Shown here: positions 24,954 through 37,877 of the stretch, one piece after another
How positions within the stretch are numbered: the first letter of the stretch is position 1
How the letters are laid out: every line of letters starts with the position of its first letter
NCBI GenBank assembly: GCA_963755025.1
Contig: CAVWIH010000026.1
Coordinates: forward strand, 40,775 to 104,774
DNA length: 64,000 nucleotides
Origin: an uncultured Actinomycetes bacterium
GTDB taxonomy: Bacteria > Actinomycetota > Thermoleophilia > UBA2241
Reading direction: 5' to 3'
Notes under the pieces: model-generated
What the model was told of the DNA's origin: nothing
Database searches by the model: none
What the model saw: only the letters and a program-made list of their open reading frames with translations
Translations under genes and position numbers: made by a program

Positions 24954-25348
24954 ACGTCGTCAAGAACGTTGTCAAAGAGCCCGCGACGCCCGACAGCCTT
25001 GTCGATGTGGTGCCGTTCTTCAAGGTGTTCTGCCACCCGACGCGCGCCCAGATCATCGACTTCCTGCTGAGCGGCGAACGCTGCGTCTGTGAGATGACCG
25101 GGCCGCTCGACCAGAGCCAGCCCCTGGTCTCGCACCACCTCGCCCTGCTGCGCGACGCCGGCATCGTGCGCATGCGCAGCGAGGGCGCGCGTACCTACTA
25201 CTCCATCGACTGGGAGCGGTTCGACGGCGAGCTCAAGGGCTTCCTCGACTACGTCGCGCAGCGGCGCAGCGCGCCGCACCCCGCGAGCGAGACCCGCAGC
25301 GCCTGCGCGGTCGCCGCCAAGCCGGCGAAAAGGCGCAACGCCTCATGA
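24950..25348 (+). CDS. arsR: ArsR/SmtB-family metalloregulator
   Basis: [15 protein letters not shown]...[16 protein letters not shown] wHTH with CVC metal site; ATGA overlap with acr3. Confidence 0.9.
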   Translation: MNVVKNVVKEPATPDSLVDVVPFFKVFCHPTRAQIIDFLLSGERCVCEMTGPLDQSQPLVSHHLALLRDAGIVRMRSEGARTYYSIDWERFDGELKGFLDYVAQRRSAPHPASETRSACAVAAKPAKRRNAS

Positions 25349-26641
25349 CGACAGGAAGAGAGTGGGCCATGGCAGACGACGCGACAGGTGTGAAGGAAAC
25401 CGACGAGCAAGGTCCGGGAGGCGGCGCCTGCTGTAGTTCGTCGCCGGCCTCCGGCGGATCGTGCTGCGGTAGCACCGTGAAGCCTGTCACGGCGAGCTCG
25501 CAGAGCGCCTGCTGTGGCGCGCCGACCAAACGGCCGCCACAGGAGCGCCGGCAAAGCTCCTGCTGCGGCGCACCGGCGACGCCCCCGGCCGACTACCCCT
25601 ACGGCCCCGCTGCCTACGTCGTCGGCGCCACCGAGACGCCGGTCGGCGCCGTCCCCCGGGTGTCTCGCGAGGTCGCTCGCGGCGATCGCCTGGGCGCCTG
25701 GCGGGTGCGCTGGGGCTTCGGGCGCGACGACTACCGGGTGAAGCCGGGCCTGTACGCCGTGGGAGCACCGGACGCCGCCGCGCCTGTGCTGGTCACCGCC
25801 AACTACAAGCTCACCTTCGACGCGCTGCGCTCGTCGCTCGCCGATCTCGACGCCTGGCTGCTGGTCGCAGACACGCGCGGCATCAACGTCTGGTGCGCGG
25901 CCGGCAAGGGCACCTTCTGCGCCGACGAGGTCGCGCGCGTGGTCCACGAGACGCGACTCGCCGAGGTCGTCGCGCACCGGCGCCTCGTGCTGCCGCAGCT
26001 TGCGGCGCCGGGAGTCGCCGCTCACCAGGTCAAAGAAGCCTGTGGCTTTCGGGTGACCTTCGGGCCGGTGCGGGCCGCCGACCTGCCGGCCTTTCTGGCC
26101 GCCGGCATGAAGGCCGACTCGCGCATGCGCGCCGTCACCTTCGATGCCCGAGAGCGCGCCGTGCTCGCGCCCGCAGAGCTGCAGGTCGCCTGGGACCGCC
26201 GCATGATGCTGGCTTACGCCGGCATCCTGGCCGTCTCGGCGATCGGCCGCGACGGCGTCTCGCTCGGCCGGGCCGCGCGCCGCGGCGCGCCGGTGGTCGG
26301 CGCCGCCTGGCTTGCCCTGCTGGCGGGTGGCGCCGTAACGCCGCTCGCCCTGCCCTGGTTGCCCGGCCGCGCCTTCTCCGCGAAAGGCGCTGTGGCCGGA
26401 GGCGTGGCGGCGGTGGGTGCCACGGCGGCTGTTTCGCCATCGGCTCTCGCCGGCCGCAAAGCTCGCCCTGCTGGCCGGCGTGCCGGCCGTCTCCTCCTAT
26501 GCCGCCATGAACTTCACCGGCTCCTCGCCGATCACCTCGCCATCGGGCGTCGAGCTCGAGATGCGCCGGGCGCTGCCTTGGCAGGTCGCGGCATCGGTCG
26601 TTGCTGCCGGCGCCTGGCTTGCCAGCAGAGCGGGAAGGTGA
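25345..26641 (+). CDS. hgcA: Mercury methylation corrinoid protein HgcA (one frameshift ~26430-26450; alternative start 25369)
   Basis: VTANYKLTFD and cap helix GINVWCAAGKGTF; TM region; C-terminal MNFTGSSPITSPSGVELEMRRALP in frame 26417..26641. Confidence 0.93.
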
Positions 26642-26646
26642 GTGCG

Positions 26647-26924
26647 ATGCCGAAGCTACGCTACATCGACCAGGCCGTCACCCTGCGAACTCGACGCCGG
26701 ACTGTTGCAACGGTTGTGGACTGTGCGTAGCCGTCTGTCCGCGTGCCGTGTTCGCGCTCGTGAACGGCCGCGCTTCGCTGGCGGACCGAGGCGCCTGCAT
26801 CGAGTGCGGCGCCTGCGCCCTCAACTGCGTGTCGGGCGCCATCAGCGTCGATCCCGGCGTAGGCTGTGCACAGGCGATCATTCACGGCTGGCTGACCGGC
26901 GGCGAGCCGAGTTGCGATTGCTAA
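26647..26924 (+). CDS. hgcB: Mercury methylation ferredoxin HgcB (frameshift near 5' end)
   Basis: MPKLRYID...; CNGCGLCVAVCP and CIECGACALNC; GVGCA and terminal SCDC; directly after hgcA. Confidence 0.9.
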
Positions 26925-27087
26925 GGCGATCGACGAGGCTCCGGCGTGCTCTGAGCTCGGAGCACGACCTCTGAGGCTGGGGCCGGGTCGGCTTTCCGTC
27001 AGACCGCCCCGCGCGACAATGGGGCCGTGAACCGGTCGCGGCCATCCGGGGCTGGGCGTGGCGTCCTACAACGCAGGAGGGGAGAAC

Positions 27088-27934
27088 ATGGGGCCCGAAT
27101 GGAAGCTCTACGAGCGACTGCTCGCTGAACTGCCCGACGACGAGCAGGTACGCGCCTGCCTCGTGGGCAGCGCCTGGACGCTGGTCGAGGCTGCAGGGGT
27201 GGGCATGGCGATGTCGTTCCACGACGGTACCTGGCTGTCGTGCCCCACGTCGCCGATCGCCGGTCGGCCACTCGCCGAGGTGGCCGGCCAGCTGACGAGC
27301 TGGAACCTGATCGAGGCCGCCATCGGCCTGGCCGCCCTGAACGCGCACTACAACTACAGGGAGCGCGTCGAGCACTGGCTGGGCCGGCGCATCGGCGACA
27401 GCGAGGACAGCCCCGTCTTTCGCTCGCTGGAAGACGAGCTCGCGGGCACGAAGGTGGGCGTGATTGGCCACTTCCCCGGTCTCGAGCGTCTCGCCGCCCG
27501 TTGCGAGCTCACGGTCTTCGAACGCCGCCCGCAGCCAGGCGATCTGCCCGACTACGCCGAGGACTACCTGCTGCCCTCCATGGACTGGGTGCTCATCACC
27601 GGCACGGCGTTGACGAACAAGACCCTGCCCCACCTGCTCGACATCACGAGCAAGGCGCGTGTGGTGCTGGTCGGCCCGAGCGTGCCGCTCACGCCGCTGT
27701 GGTTCGAGCTCGGCGTCCACATGTTGGCCGGGAGCGTCGTGACGGACCGGGAGCGGCTGTGGCCCGTCGTGCAGGAGGGCTCCTGCTTCGAGGTGTTCAG
27801 GAACGGGGTCGCGAGGATCCAGGTCGCCGTGGACGACCTGCCCGGCGGTCGCGAGGGCGTAGCCCGGGCGGGGTCGACGTGCAGGGTCCGAGGCCGTGGG
27901 TGCGCTGCGATCAGAAAGCCGCGCTCCGTGGCGC

Positions 27935-27957
<23 letters not shown>
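27088..27957 (+). CDS. DUF364/DUF4213 Rossmann-like protein (putative heavy-metal chelation family)
   Basis: SWNLIEAAIGLAALNA, KVGVIGHFP, ITGTALTNKTL, LVGPSVP; AGGAGG RBS. Confidence 0.8.
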
Positions 27958-29383
<1,426 letters not shown>

Positions 29384-29412
<29 letters not shown>

Positions 29413-31094
29413 CGGAGACCTCCAGCTCGGGGTAGACGGGCTGCCACATCGCTTCCTGGACGGCTTCGACTGGATCGGAGAGCTTCGCCCGCGCGACGCC
29501 CTCGGCGGCGGCCTGTCTCGCGACCGCGACGGCTACGGTAGCCGAAGCGGCTCGCAGGTTCTCGACGGCGGGCAACAGGCCCGCGCCGGGCCGGCTCACA
29601 TCGACCAGTCCGGCGATCGCCTCGGCGGCAGTGAGCAGCATGGCGTCGCTGACACCCCTGGCGCGAGAGACGATCGTGCCAAGGCCGATGCCGGGGTAGA
29701 CCAGGGCGTTGTTGGCCTGCCCTATGCGATAGTCGGTGCCTTTGAACGAGACCGGCTCCCAGGGGGTGCCGGTCGCCACCGAGACCGCGGCCCTCGGTCC
29801 AGCGGATCACATCGGCCGGTACGGCCTCGATCCGCTCGGTCGGGTTCGACATAGGAAAGATCATCGGCCGGTCGACGTGCTTGGCCATCTCGCGCAGGAT
29901 CGGTTCGGTGAAGGCACCGCCGACGGTCGAGGTGCCGACGATGATCGTCGGACGGACCTCGCCACGACCTCGCGAGATCCGATCGCGTCGTCGCGCCCAT
30001 TGCGCTCCAGCCGGCCACCTCCGGCCGCGCGGTCGCGCGTAGGGCTTTTGGAAGTCTCGCAGGTCCGTCATGTCGTCGACCAGCAATCCCTGCTTGTCGA
30101 CGCACCAGAACTGCGCGGTTGCGGCATCGATGCGGTCAGGCCGTCGTTGACCATGATGACCCGGATCTGATCGGCGATGCCGATGCCGGCCGTGCCCGAA
30201 CCGAAGATGACGACTCGCTGCTCGCTCGGGGCGGTTCCAGCCACACGCAGGCCGGCCAGTGCGGCGGCGAGGATGATCGCACCGGTTCCTTGGATATCGT
30301 CGTTGAAGACGGGAGCAGTGTCCCGGTACTTGTTCAGGATGCGCCTCGCGTTGGAAGGTCCGAAGTCCTCGAAGTGCAAGAGGGCCTTCGGGAACCGACT
30401 GCCTGGCCGTCTTGACGTAGCCGTCGATGAACGCGTCGTAGCGTGGGCCGCGCACCCGACTGTGGTGATTGCCGACGTACAGTGGATCGTTGAGTAGCGA
30501 CTCGCGGTCGGTGCCTACATCGAGCATCACCGGGATCACGCGTTCGGGGTCTATGCCGGCCGCCGCCGTGTAGACCGCGAGCTTGCCGATCGAGATGGCC
30601 ATGCCGTTGGCGCCCCAGTCGCCGATCCCGAGGATCTCTTCGGCGTCGGTGGCGACCAGCAGGTCGACGTCGTCGGCGCCGAGCCCGTAGTTGCGAAAGG
30701 CGGTCTCGATGCCGGCGTCGTCGTCGATGGAGAGGTAGACCCCGCTGGGTCGGCGGTACTCGTGGCTCAGGCGCTCTATCGCCTGGGCGATCACGGGATC
30801 GTACACGACTGGCAGCATCTCGGTGAGATGGTCGGCCAGCAGCTTGTAGTAGAGGACCTGATTGCGCTCCTCGAGGGCGGCCAGAAAGGTGTTGCGCGCC
30901 AGGTCGTCGGGCTGAGCCCGATACTGCGCGTAGGAGCGCTTCGCCTGCTCTTCCAGGGTGAGGACCGCTGCGGGCAACAACCCGTCCAGGCCCAGGACAG
31001 TGCGCTCCTCGTCAGTGAACGCCGTCCCGCGATTGAAGCGCGAGTCGTGCAGCAGAGCCCGTCCGCTGGAAAGCTTCGTCGGTTTCGTCGACAT
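29384..31094 (-). CDS. maeA: NAD-dependent malic enzyme, frameshifted
   Basis: [45 protein letters not shown]. Confidence 0.88.
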
Positions 31095-31192
31095 GGTGGC
31101 CCACTCCCTTGGGCGCCACCCTGCGGCACTTCACGTGGCCGCCCGTCGTGGTCTTTTGGGATTTTCGGTCTGGGTACCCAGACGGGCACGCC

Positions 31193-32254
31193 TTAGGCCG
31201 CGGCCTCCGTCGTCGCCTCCTGTGCCAGCGGCTGCGCCGGCACGACGTACGGGAAGCGGCCGGCGCGAAGATGCCGGGCCACCGAGGGCGTGAGGCCCGA
31301 GGGCACGGCGGCGTTGGCGACGAGGGACAGCATGACCTCCGGCGCGTTGTCGGCCAGCGTGCGCCCGTTGAAGGCGGCGAAGCCGTACATCGCCGGCGTC
31401 CCGATCACGTAGGGCAGGACGTCGGGGAACAGGCGCCGCGCCACGGTCTGGCCGTAGCCCTCGGGGTCGTCCGAGGTGCCGCTCGCCGACACGACAGCCG
31501 CGACCTGCTTGCCGATGTACTCCGCGGCCGCCTCGACGTCGGCCGACGGGTGCCGGGTGTTGGCGGGGTTGGAGAAGTCGGTGTCGTGCGGCCAGAAGAT
31601 CGGCCACATCATGGGGTGACCGGCGCGGTTGATCTGTCGCCAGCCGCCCGCATCGGTGGCGAGCTTAGTCGCGGCCCAGACGCCGATGCGGCGGCCGGGG
31701 CGCAGCTGGCCATCCCGGTGCGATATCTCCAGCACGATCGATTCGACCGTCGTGTCGGCAAAGCTGTTGCGCGCGGTCTCGGGGCGCCACGCCGACAGGT
31801 CGACGGCAGTGCCGTTCTTGATCGCGGCGTCCACGATGTCCAGGAGCGAGAGGTCGATGTAGAACGAGTCGTTGATGCGCCCGGCCCAGATCCGCGCGCC
31901 GCTTGCCGTCGCCGGCTCGCCTGTGCGGCCTTTGAGCACAAGCTCACCGGCCTCGGCGTCGTCGCGCGCCTGGTCGCCGGTGATGGCGTGCAGTTGCAGG
32001 TACTGTCGACCATCCGCCTCTGGTGCGCCAAAGGACACGCGGTAGGTCAGCGCCTCGAACTCGGCTCCGTCGATGTGCACCTTGAACTCGTACCGTGCCT
32101 CGTGGTGAAAACCCGGCTGCACGTGGACCCCAGTGACGTCGGAGTTGACGTCCATCACGAACACCGTGCTGTTGTCGCCCTGAAAGACGTACAGGTCGTC
32201 GAGGTAGAGCTGGCCGTTCTGACTTGCAAGAGGCGTGTCGAGATGATGCGACAT
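31193..32254 (-). CDS. DUF4331-family protein
   Basis: MSHHLD start, DDLYVF, WRQINRAGHP, NGRTLADN. Confidence 0.78.
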   Translation of the reverse strand: MSHHLDTPLASQNGQLYLDDLYVFQGDNSTVFVMDVNSDVTGVHVQPGFHHEARYEFKVHIDGAEFEALTYRVSFGAPEADGRQYLQLHAITGDQARDDAEAGELVLKGRTGEPATASGARIWAGRINDSFYIDLSLLDIVDAAIKNGTAVDLSAWRPETARNSFADTTVESIVLEISHRDGQLRPGRRIGVWAATKLATDAGGWRQINRAGHPMMWPIFWPHDTDFSNPANTRHPSADVEAAAEYIGKQVAAVVSASGTSDDPEGYGQTVARRLFPDVLPYVIGTPAMYGFAAFNGRTLADNAPEVMLSLVANAAVPSGLTPSVARHLRAGRFPYVVPAQPLAQEATTEAAA

Positions 32255-32541
32255 GGGGCCCTCCTTCTCCGTTTGTGCTTGCGAGGCTTGTGCGTGGCTC
32301 GACGGCGGGCCACGTAGTCGGTCGGCGACCATGACTGAGTCTCTTTAGGACGGCCCGAGCGGGCGGTCGATAAACAGGTCTGCCGTTGCCCTCCCGCCGC
32401 GCGTCCGGCCCCGAGCCGGCGCGCTGACGAGCGTCGGGTAACGGGGTTTGCCGTTTGCCCAAGGGGTAGCCAAAACCGTATGGGCCAAGCGAAGTCCCGA
32501 GGGGAAGTTCCTGCAAACGGTAGTAAAAGGAGGTCCGTCTG

Positions 32542-33775
32542 ATGGGCCGTGAGGAGGATTCCTCTATTCGTCCGTTTTCGGCTGAGAACGTGCCGGAGGC
32601 AGAGCTCTCGGAACTGCGCAGGCGCATCGACGCGACGAAGTGGCCTGACCGGGAAACGGTCACAGACGCATCCCAAGGCGTGCAGCTCGCGACCATGCAG
32701 GCACTCGCGCGCTATTGGGCGACAGATTACGACTGGCGCAGGTGCGAGGCGCGGCTGAGCGCCCTGCCGCAGTTCATCACCACCATCGACGGGCTGGACA
32801 TCCACTTCATCCACGTGCGCTCCCGGCACGAGGATGCGCTGCCGCTCATCGTCACACACGGCTGGCCCGGCTCAGTGGTGGAGCAGATGAAGATCATCGA
32901 GCCGCTGACCGATCCCACGGCGCACGGCGGCAGCGCAGCCGACGCGTTCCATATCGTGGTTCCGTCGCTGCCGGGCTACGGCTACTCCGGCCGACCCACC
33001 AGCCCCGGCTGGGACGTGGCCCACATCGCTCGCGCCTGGACCGTGCTGATGAAGCGCCTCGGGTACAAGGAGTTCGTGGCGCAGGGCGGCGATTGGGGGG
33101 CACTCGTCACCGAGCAGATGGGTGTGCAGGCGCCCCCGGAGCTGCTCGGCATCCACACCAACATGCCCGGCGTCTTTCCGGCCGAGATCGACAAGGCGGC
33201 TCTTGCCGGCGACCCGCCGCCGTCGGGTCTCTCAGCCGATGAGAAGCGCGCCTACGATCAGCTCGAGCTTCGTCTATGAGAAGGGCATCGCCTACGGGTC
33301 GAGATGGGATTGCGCCCGCAGACGCTGTACGGGATCGCGGACTCACCCATCGGCTTGGCCGCGTATATCCTCGACCACGACGCGCGCAGCTACGCGCTGA
33401 TCGCGCGCGTCTTCGAGGGAGAGCCTGAGGGCCTCTCGCGCGACGACGTCCTCGACAACATCACCATCACCTGGCTGACGAACACGGCGCTTTCCGGCGC
33501 TCGTCTCTATTGGGAGAACTGGGGCAAACTCGGCTATTTCAATGTCAAAGGCGTGAAGATCCCGGTCGCAGTGAGCGTCTTTCCCGACGAGCTCTACCCG
33601 GCCCCGCGGAGCTGGGCCGAGCAGGCGTTCCCCAAGCTCGTGCACTACAACAGGGTCCCTAAGGGCGGCCACTTCGCGGCCTGGGAGCAGCCGGCGCTGT
33701 TCTGCAGCGGAGGTGAGGGCGGGGTTCAGGCCGGTGAGACAGGCCGCCCGAGGCGAGGAGCGGGCCGCCGCCTAG
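32542..33775 (+). CDS. Epoxide hydrolase (microsomal/EHN type), frameshifted ~33270 and near the 3' end
   Basis: [23 protein letters not shown] nucleophile motif, [10 protein letters not shown]. Confidence 0.88.
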
Positions 33776-33858
33776 CGGCGACCGCGAAGACCGGCGTTCC
33801 ACGCTCCGAAGACCGTCAGAGCTTCGCGCTCCGAGTGGCGGGCCTCGCAGCGGCGACC

Positions 33859-36134
33859 TCAGGCCTCTTCAAAGGCGAAGCGCCCTTCGCGCATGAGGCG
33901 CAGGCAGGCCGCGCAGACCGCGGTGTCGTAGCGGCGGCCGCTGCCCTTCTCGATCTCGGCGAGGGCGGCCTCGAGCGGCAGGCGCGGGGCGGTAGGGCCG
34001 GTGGCTGACCATCGCCTCGACGATGTCGGCCACCGCCAGGACGCGCGCCTCGGGAAGGATCTCCGCCGCCCTTCAGACCGGCCGGGTAGCCCGAGCCGTC
34101 GAGGCGCTCGTGGTGCTGGCGCACCATCGCCGCGACGTCGCCGCCGAAGTCGATGTCGGCGAGGATCTCGGCGCCGGCCGCGGCGTGCTGGCGGATCAGC
34201 AGGAACTCGGTCGCGTTCAACGTGCCCGGCTTGCTCAGGATCTCGGCCGGCACGATGATCTTGCCGAGGTCGTGGAGCAGCGCGGCGATGCGCAGCAAGG
34301 CGATCCGCTCCTCGCTCCCAGCCGAGCTCGGCGGCGAGCGCGCAGGCGAGCTGCGGCCACGCGGCGCTGATGACCGGCGGTGTAGGGGTCGCGCAGCTCG
34401 GCCGTCGTGCCCAGCGCGGCGACGCCGGCCTGCAGGGTGCGCTCGAGCCGCGCCGTCGTGTGCGCGAGCTCGCGCTCGGTGCGCTTGCGGGCGGTCACGT
34501 CGCGGACCACGCTCAGCAGGAGGGTCTCGCCGCCGAGCGTGGCGACGCCGCGGGCGCTCACCTCGACGGGGAACACCGAGCCGTCCTTGCGGCGATGCTC
34601 GGTCTCGAAGAGGACGCCGCCGGCCGCCGCCGCGCTCGATCTGCTCCGCGAGCAGCGGGCTCGCGGCCCATCGGTGCGCAGGGCGCGAGATGTCGAGCTC
34701 GCAGGAGCTCCTCGCGCGTGTAGCCGTAGGCCGCCTCGGCGGCCGCGTTGGCCTCGACGATGCGGCCGTCGGTGGCGCGCACGAAGAGCATGATGTCGCG
34801 CGCCTCGGCGAACAGCAGCCGGTAGCGCGGCAGCAGGTCGTCGGCCCGGCGGCGCTCGCTCACGTCGACGTCGGCGACGTAGACGCGATCGAAGGTGTCC
34901 TCGTGACCGGGGGCGACGATGCAGGTCTCCATCACGTGCAGCGCGCGGCCGGCGAGCGTCAGGTTGATCTCCTCGTAACTGGCGTGCGCCCGCCGGCCAG
35001 CATCGCCGCCCAGAAGACGGCAAGCCCCCGGGAGCCGGGCGGATAGAGTCGGCCTGGCGCTCGAGCAGCTCCTCGCGGCTCGACGCCTCGAGAGCGCCAC
35101 GGCGGCGTGGTTCACGTCGAGGGTGCGGGCCAGCGACACGCAGCGGCGTACTCGGCCGGGTGCTCGCGCAGGAAGCTCGCGAGGTCGTCGACCCCCGAGG
35201 CCATGAGCTGCTCGAGATAGGCCTTGGCCGCCGAGTGGTCCTCTTCCCACAGGGCCACCGGCGAGTCCTCGAAGAGCGGAGCGGTAGCGGCGCTCGCTCT
35301 CGGCGAGCGCCTCCGGTCGCGCACTCTGCGGGCGGTGACGTCATGTGTGACGCCGAGCACCGCCATGATCTGATCGTCGTCGTCGAAGCGCGACAAGCCG
35401 CGTGTTCACCCAGCGCTCGCCGTTGGGGTAGACGATCTGCGATTCGGTCTCGTGGGGTTCGCCGGTCGCCAGCACGTTCTCGACGGCCGCCATGATCCGG
35501 GTCGCGGTCGGGCCCTGGAACATGGTCGTGAGCGGCGTGCCGACGAGCTGCTCGGCGGGCACGCCGAAGCTCGTGCGCCGCGGTCGTTCACGAACTGCAC
35601 GCGGCCGTCGGCGCCGACCAGGTAGATCATGTCGGGCGAGGCCTCGGTGACCAGGCGGTAGCGCTGTTCGCTGACGCTCAAACGGCGCTCGCTCAGCACG
35701 CGGTCGGTGACGTCGCGGGCGCTGATCAGGATGCCGCGCACGGCTTCATCGTCGAGGTGGCTGCTGGCCGTCCACTCGATCCAGTGCAGTGAGCCGTCCT
35801 TCGCGCGGATGCGCGTGGTCCCCGTGCTGGGCGCCGGGTCGGTCGCCGCGCTCGCCCGCGGATGGAGGGCCGCGAGCTGCGCCAGATCGTCGTCGGGGAT
35901 GAGCTCGTAGGCGATCAGGCCCGTGACTTCGTCCTGGCTGTACCCGATGAGGCGCTCCACCGAGGGGCTGCAGTACGTCACCCGGGCGTCGGCATCGACG
36001 ATGAGAAGCAGGTCGGAGCTGTGCTCCACGAGCAGCCGTAAGCGGCGTTCGTCGGCGCTTGCACTCGCGCTCGCCGGCGCGCCGCCGTTCGGCGGGCGCC
36101 TGGACGTCCCTGGACCTGTGCTGCTGCGGCCCAA
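33859..36134 (-). CDS. Multi-PAS HD-GYP phosphodiesterase, multiply frameshifted
   Basis: Several PAS/PAC segments; RDPYTAGHQRRV, LHDLGK, HHERLDGSGYP, HRPYR. Confidence 0.85.
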
Positions 36135-36182
36135 GTGGGAACCACCTCTCCGACACCAGCCGTTTTAGAGCCTGCACGCCCA

Positions 36183-36209
36183 CTATCGACAAGGGCGCGG
36201 TTTTTCTGA
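36183..36209 (-). promoter_or_regulatory. sigma28-like promoter of the HD-GYP gene
   Basis: Minus strand TCAG-N15-GTCGATAG, about 50 bp upstream of the start. Confidence 0.55.
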
Positions 36210-36237
36210 ACCGCAAGGCCGCCGGCGGAGGGCGGAC

Positions 36238-36323
36238 GTACAGGCGTCTACCTCGGCGGCTCGAGCCACCTTCGGTCGGAAGTACAGGCGTCTACCTCGG
36301 CGGCTCGAGCCACCTTCGGTCGG
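36238..36323. repeat. 42-bp exact tandem duplication covering the peroxidase gene 3' end
   Basis: GTACAGGCGTCTACCTCGGCGGCTCGAGCCACCTTCGGTCGG at 36238-36279 and 36282-36323. Confidence 0.9.
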
Positions 36324-37090
36324 TCGCCGGCGGCCCCTGCAGGGTCTGGAGAAAGGCGATCAGCTGCGACTTCTGCTGTTCGGTCAGGCCGAGCGGCTTG
36401 ATCAGGCTGCGCCCGATCGGGGGGTCGGGCGCGCGGCTGTAGAAGTCGATCACCTGTTCGAGAGTCGCGAACTGCCCGGCCTGCATGTAGGGAGCGAGCT
36501 CGCCGACGTTGCGCAGCGAAGGCGTCTTGAACTGGCCGGCAAGGCTCGGGCTGTGGACGATCATCGTGTCGAGCTTGGCGGAACCGGCACCCGGCGCGTC
36601 GCTGTAACGACCCGCGCCGTTGAACTCGTTCTGCAGCACCAGCTTCACGCCGTTCTGCCTTCCCGGGGCGGGCGGCAGGCCGGGGGCGGCGGGTACGCCG
36701 ACGTTCTCAAAGGCGTGGTTTGTGAGGAGCGGGCCGTTGTGGCAGGCGATGCACCCCGCCGCTCCGATGAACAGACGCAGGCCTGCGACCTGGTCGCCGT
36801 CATAGATGGTCTTCGCCCGGCCCAGGTGGCCGGTCAGGACGGCTTGAGCGTAGCGGTCGAAGCGGGCGGGCCCCGGGTTGATCTTGCGCTCGTAGGCTTC
36901 GATGGCCTTACCGAGGTTGGCCAGCACCCGCGAGACCGCCCCGCGGTCGGCGCTCGACAGGTGGCCCCAGTTCGCCCGTGTCGTGGCGTCGCCTTCTGGC
37001 CCGGCGTGAGCCGGCAGACGAGCGAGATCGGCCGGCAGGGGGCCGAAGAGGGCCTCGTACTGCCGCCGCCGTTCAGCGGCTGCCGGCGTC
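36292..37090 (-). pseudogene. Di-heme cytochrome c peroxidase (CCP/MauG family), C-terminal half only
   Basis: GKAIEAYER, GLRLFIG..GCIACHNGP, FKTPSLRNV, APYM; N-terminal heme domain absent. Confidence 0.75.
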
Positions 37091-37231
37091 GCGCCCCGAC
37101 CGTGACCGGACAGACCTTCGGACGGGCGCCGGTCCGCGGTTCCAGACGGGCCCGCGCTGGGTAGAACGAGGTGCCGCGTCGCTCGTCTGGAGCCGGCGAC
37201 GTTCGAGGCGCAACCAGGGGGGTCTGACACG

Positions 37232-37870
37232 ATGGATCGCAAGTTCGGGCGGCGGCTGGCCGTACTCGTCGCCGTGGCGACGATCACGCTCCTGCTCGGG
37301 GCTGCGCCTGCCTGGGCTCACGAAGCGCGCGACGTGGGCGCCTACCACTTTCTGGTGGGCTGGGGTAGCGAGCCCGCGTTCGTCGGACAGGAGAACAGCA
37401 TCCAGCTCGTCCTCACCGACCGCGCGACCGGCAAGCCGGTGCTGAACCTCGGCACCCTCAAGGTAACGGCCGTCTTTGGCTCGCAGACCATGGTGTTCGC
37501 ACTCGAGCCGACGTTCGACCCGGACACCGGCCTGGGCACGCCCGGCGACTATCGCGCCTGGCTGTTCCCCACGGCGCCGGGCGACTACACGTTCCACTTC
37601 ACCGGCACGATCGGATCGCAGAAGGTCGATCAGAGCTTTACGAGCGGCCCCACCACGTTCAACCCGGTACAAGACCCCACGACGGTCGAGTTTCCGCTGC
37701 AGATGCCGACCATGACCGAGCTCTCGCAGCGGGTCAGCGTTGCGCTGCCGCGTCTGGCGAGCTCCTCGCAAAGCTCACGCGCACAGCTGTTCGGCATCGT
37801 CGGCATGGTCGTCGGCGCGCTTGGCCTGGCCGTCGCGGTCGTCGCGCTCGCCACCAGCAGAAGAGCCTGA
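37232..37870 (+). CDS. Secreted, C-terminally anchored protein with a predicted mature N-terminal His (possible copper binding)
   Basis: Signal peptide ending AWA-H; VGW..EPA; C-terminal TM helix. Confidence 0.7.
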   Translation: MDRKFGRRLAVLVAVATITLLLGAAPAWAHEARDVGAYHFLVGWGSEPAFVGQENSIQLVLTDRATGKPVLNLGTLKVTAVFGSQTMVFALEPTFDPDTGLGTPGDYRAWLFPTAPGDYTFHFTGTIGSQKVDQSFTSGPTTFNPVQDPTTVEFPLQMPTMTELSQRVSVALPRLASSSQSSRAQLFGIVGMVVGALGLAVAVVALATSRRA

Positions 37871-37877
37871 GGTCGGG

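Noticed and set aside
32430-32530. c-di-GMP riboswitch (GGCAAAC-like words on the minus strand)
   Set aside because: Lacks the GNRA-capped P2 and the receptor-bearing P3 of the c-di-GMP-I aptamer
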